In this document: positions 60,205 through 64,000 of the stretch, in pieces
How positions within the stretch are numbered: position 1 is the first letter of the stretch
How the letters are laid out: each line of letters opens with the position of its first letter
Source of the DNA: the human T2T-CHM13v2.0 reference genome, Homo sapiens
Assembly: GCF_009914755.1 (NCBI RefSeq)
Contig: NC_060940.1
Length of the DNA stretch: 64,000 bases
Strand: one strand, 5' to 3'
Program-made: the position numbers and the translations under genes
The notes under the pieces: generated by a model
The model's input: the letters and a program-made list of their open reading frames with translations, nothing else
What the model was told of the DNA's origin: nothing
Databases searched by the model: none

Positions 60205-61492
60205 TCTCATGGACACCAGAGGAGCGGGAAGCAGCGGTGGCCCCGCAGCAGCAGCTATGCATCGGGAGGTGGGGCTTTTCTGCTTCTGCTCACCTTTCTG
60301 CTCACATTTTCCCATAGTGAACATGGATTGCCTGTGTGTGAACACTTTTTTAAGTAAATTAAACCTTGTGGATATTTTCAGTTTGTATCTTATCTGCCCC
60401 TCACAGCAGACCATTGACTGTTCGATGCTTTTAGAAATCTCCTTCGTGCTGAGCCCTGCGTGCTCTGGACCCATGCGCTCTACGCCTCCTCTGGGCCCCT
60501 GCTCATGGCCTGCCCACCCTGGCTGTCCCTGTCCCCTCTTGCTGATACGGTTCTGCTACTCTGGTCCTGGGCTAGTGTCTGTCTCTCGTGTGCTAAGGCA
60601 GATGGCCGAGAGTGGTGGGTATCCCACAGTGGGGTGCCAGGCATTTTTACTTCTATGCTTTCCAAATCCACCTGCCCTTCCCCACCCTTAGCGTGGCCCT
60701 TCCAGTGCCCTGTCTTAGACCTGGCGCCACTTCACACGACCAGCCAGGCCCAGGGCCCCGGGCATCCTCCCTGGCAAGTCCTCCCATCCCCTGCCATTGG
60801 TCTTCGTGCTCCTGGTGAGCCTCCGACCCAGGCTGTCCCCTGACTGCTGCCGTCCTGGTTTGAGCCCCTCCTGCTCTGGCCGTCCTCCACACGGAGCCCA
60901 CATGAACTTGTAGATCTGAGTCTGGCCACATCCCCACTGCAGGAATGCCCTAGCTGGCTCCCCACACCACACCTGCAGAGTGGCCCGGCTGGCCTGGGTG
61001 CCCTGGCCTGCTCTCCTGACTTAGCTCTATCCTCAAGGCCCCCTCTGGCCCTTCTCCTGCCGGCTCCCATTTGACCGTCACCTCCCCTCCTCCAGGTAGC
61101 TTTCTGCATCCCTCCTGGATGCAGGTGCCCCCAGCCTGCCGCCAGGCACCGGGGCTGTACTGTCACGCATTTATCCCTCCCTGTGGCCCGGGGCCCACCT
61201 GTCGGGGCCACACAGCTGTGGTGGTCACCAAGTTTCTAGGTGCTGGGTGTTCTCACCAGTGATGTAGATATGTGGTCCTCAGAAGGCTTGAGACAGGCAG
61301 CACCACCCCATCTTAAAAATCCGGAGAGCGAGGCTCAGAGCCAGCGGTGCCTGGGGAGCCACTGATGAGAGAGAAGTGGCAGAGAGGGGGCGCCGCTGGT
61401 CTGCTGGGCGCTCGGCATCTTTATGGGAGAACGCACACCCCTTGTGACTGCAGTCAGTGGGAGCCAAGCCGGGGAGCGGTACCTCTGTCTAG

Positions 61493-62005
<513 letters not shown>

Positions 62006-62515
62006 TGAACCCTCCTGGGAGCTGGAGCAGGTCAGGGTCAGCAAGTGCTGCTTGCGTCCAGGGACGGGCAGCCCTGTCCTGCTCCGGCCCTCACCCCACC
62101 CTCGCCCGAGGAGTGACTTCTCCTGGAAGCACCTCCCAACTCGGGGCAGGCAGCCAGGCAGGGCGGGCGCCATCACCTGAGCTCCCAGGGTTGCTGTCTG
62201 GGGCATCAGAGGGGCCTTCCGGCCTTCAGTGCCAGGCTGTGCCTCAAGCTCCCCCAGACCCTGCAGCCACACCGGCCCTGCCCCATGTGTGGCCCGGCTG
62301 CAGGGCTCGGGTTGGCTCAGGTGGGGGCTTGGCTGCGGCTCTTCTGGCTGGGGTTTTTCTGAGGAACGTTTATGTAACTGCAGCACTAGGAACTCCCGGC
62401 AGGGCAGGAAGGAAGTGGGGAAGACCACAGGTTTCTGGAAAGCCGCAGGAGCTGCAGCTGTTCCCCCGCTGCCTCTTGTGTGACTACTTCTGCTGGGCCC
62501 CCCTCTCCTTGACAG

Positions 62516-62612
62516 GCCCGGGCAGAGCCACGCAGCGGTGCTATGGATGGAGTACCACCTGACCCCGGAGTGCACGCTCAGCACTGGCCTCCTGGAGCCT
62601 GCAGACCCCGAG
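62516..62612 (+). CDS. PRMT7: PRMT7 exon 18 ([15 protein letters not shown]...PADPE)
   Basis: gacag|G acceptor, GAG|gtagtg donor, 97 nt. Confidence 0.96.
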
Positions 62613-62616
62613 GTAG

Positions 62617-63039
<423 letters not shown>

Positions 63040-63051
63040 CCACTCTTGAGC

Positions 63052-63057
63052 AATAAA
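63052..63057 (+). terminator. Proximal polyadenylation signal of PRMT7
   Basis: AATAAA 12 nt after the stop codon. Confidence 0.75.
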
Positions 63058-64000
63058 GTGGCCTGAGGGCTGGGGTTCTGAGTGGCTCATGGCTTTCTAG
63101 GGGGGAAGGCTGAAGGCCCTCCTCTCCTCTCTGGGAGCTGCTCGGCCTCAGGGATGGGAAAGACTGCGCCGTGTTGCATCTTGTTGCATCTTTGCACTGC
63201 TGGCCTCTGGCTCCAGCTGTGGCAGGAAGCATGAGAGGGTGACTGAATTTGGAGCCCTGGAGGGGCTGGGAAGACCCCCCTGCTTGTGCTTCTGAGGTGC
63301 TGAGAATGCTCCAACACAGAGACATCTCTCCCCAGCTGGGAAGGGAGTGGAAGCACAGGGAGCTTGTGGGGCTGGCCGGTGGGGTTGTCCACGCCGCCCT
63401 TGGCGAGCAGTCCCCGTGGCGGGAGCCTGTCCTGTCTGTCTCACTCTCGAGGATCTCCGGGTCCCTGCTCTTCTGGCTTCTGCTAGGAGGGTGGAGATTT
63501 CTGGCCCTCTAGTGGGTGGAGATGCTGAGTTGTGGCTGGGTCTCTGGGGCTTGAAGACCCTGGCTGGGCCCGGGCTGAGAGGCCTGGGTTCTGGCCCTTT
63601 CACCTGACAGGTAACTTCAAGCCACATCCATAGGTGTCTGGCCTCAGTGCTGCACCAGCTGGTGGCCTGCCAGGACCTGAGACTGGACACAAGGCAGCTG
63701 TCCCAGAGCAGTTCCTGAGATGCAGGCCCAGGAAAGTGGCTGTCAGGGGAGCTGGGAGGCAGCCCTGTTCCCTGCACCTCCCTCAGATTGGAAAGCCCCT
63801 CCTGCAGGTGGGGTATGGCAGGGAGCAGCCCCTGCCCAGCGCCGCTTCACCAGGAAGGTCAGTAGGTGCCGTGGCCTTGCTTCTCTCACACACTAACCCC
63901 CCTTTGGTTATGTCCCAGCTCTCAGAGGTAACAGCAGACACCACGTGAGAGAACCCAGTGGCCTCTGGCTCGCAGCTTAGAAGGTGAGGCTTGTGCCAGG

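Noticed and set aside
63500-64000. SMPD3 3' end
   Set aside because: Expected nearby from memory, but no minus-strand AATAAA or SMPD3 coding sequence is visible in the window.

Overview
This is human-like (primate) genomic DNA, the SLC7A6 / SLC7A6OS / PRMT7 locus (16q22.1 from memory). The + strand carries the last four coding exons and ~4.5 kb 3'UTR of SLC7A6 (y+LAT2). The - strand carries the complete 5-exon SLC7A6OS (Iwr1-like, 930 nt = 309 aa), whose last coding exon lies inside the SLC7A6 3'UTR. A CpG-island bidirectional promoter (~16.0-17.2 kb) drives SLC7A6OS and PRMT7. PRMT7 is complete on the + strand: 2 non-coding exons plus 17 coding exons that sum to 2079 nt = 692 aa. All splice junctions were read by hand, are GT-AG and keep frame. 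Introns are dense in Alus (~50 copies or fragments), with LTRs (MER9, LTR8, LTR47-like), DNA transposons, L1/L2/MIR relics and retrocopies of U13 snoRNA and U4 snRNA. I found no convincing wholly new biological system. The most unusual observations are: a 3'UTR fragment copied into an intron of the same gene between direct repeats; a twin-primed (5'-inverted) AluY next to a tailless U4 retrocopy; an older LTR-like fragment captured inside an Alu; an exonised Alu in the PRMT7 5'UTR; and four ZNF143-like motifs in the shared promoter. Repeat family names come from recalled consensus sequences and repeat boundaries are approximate.
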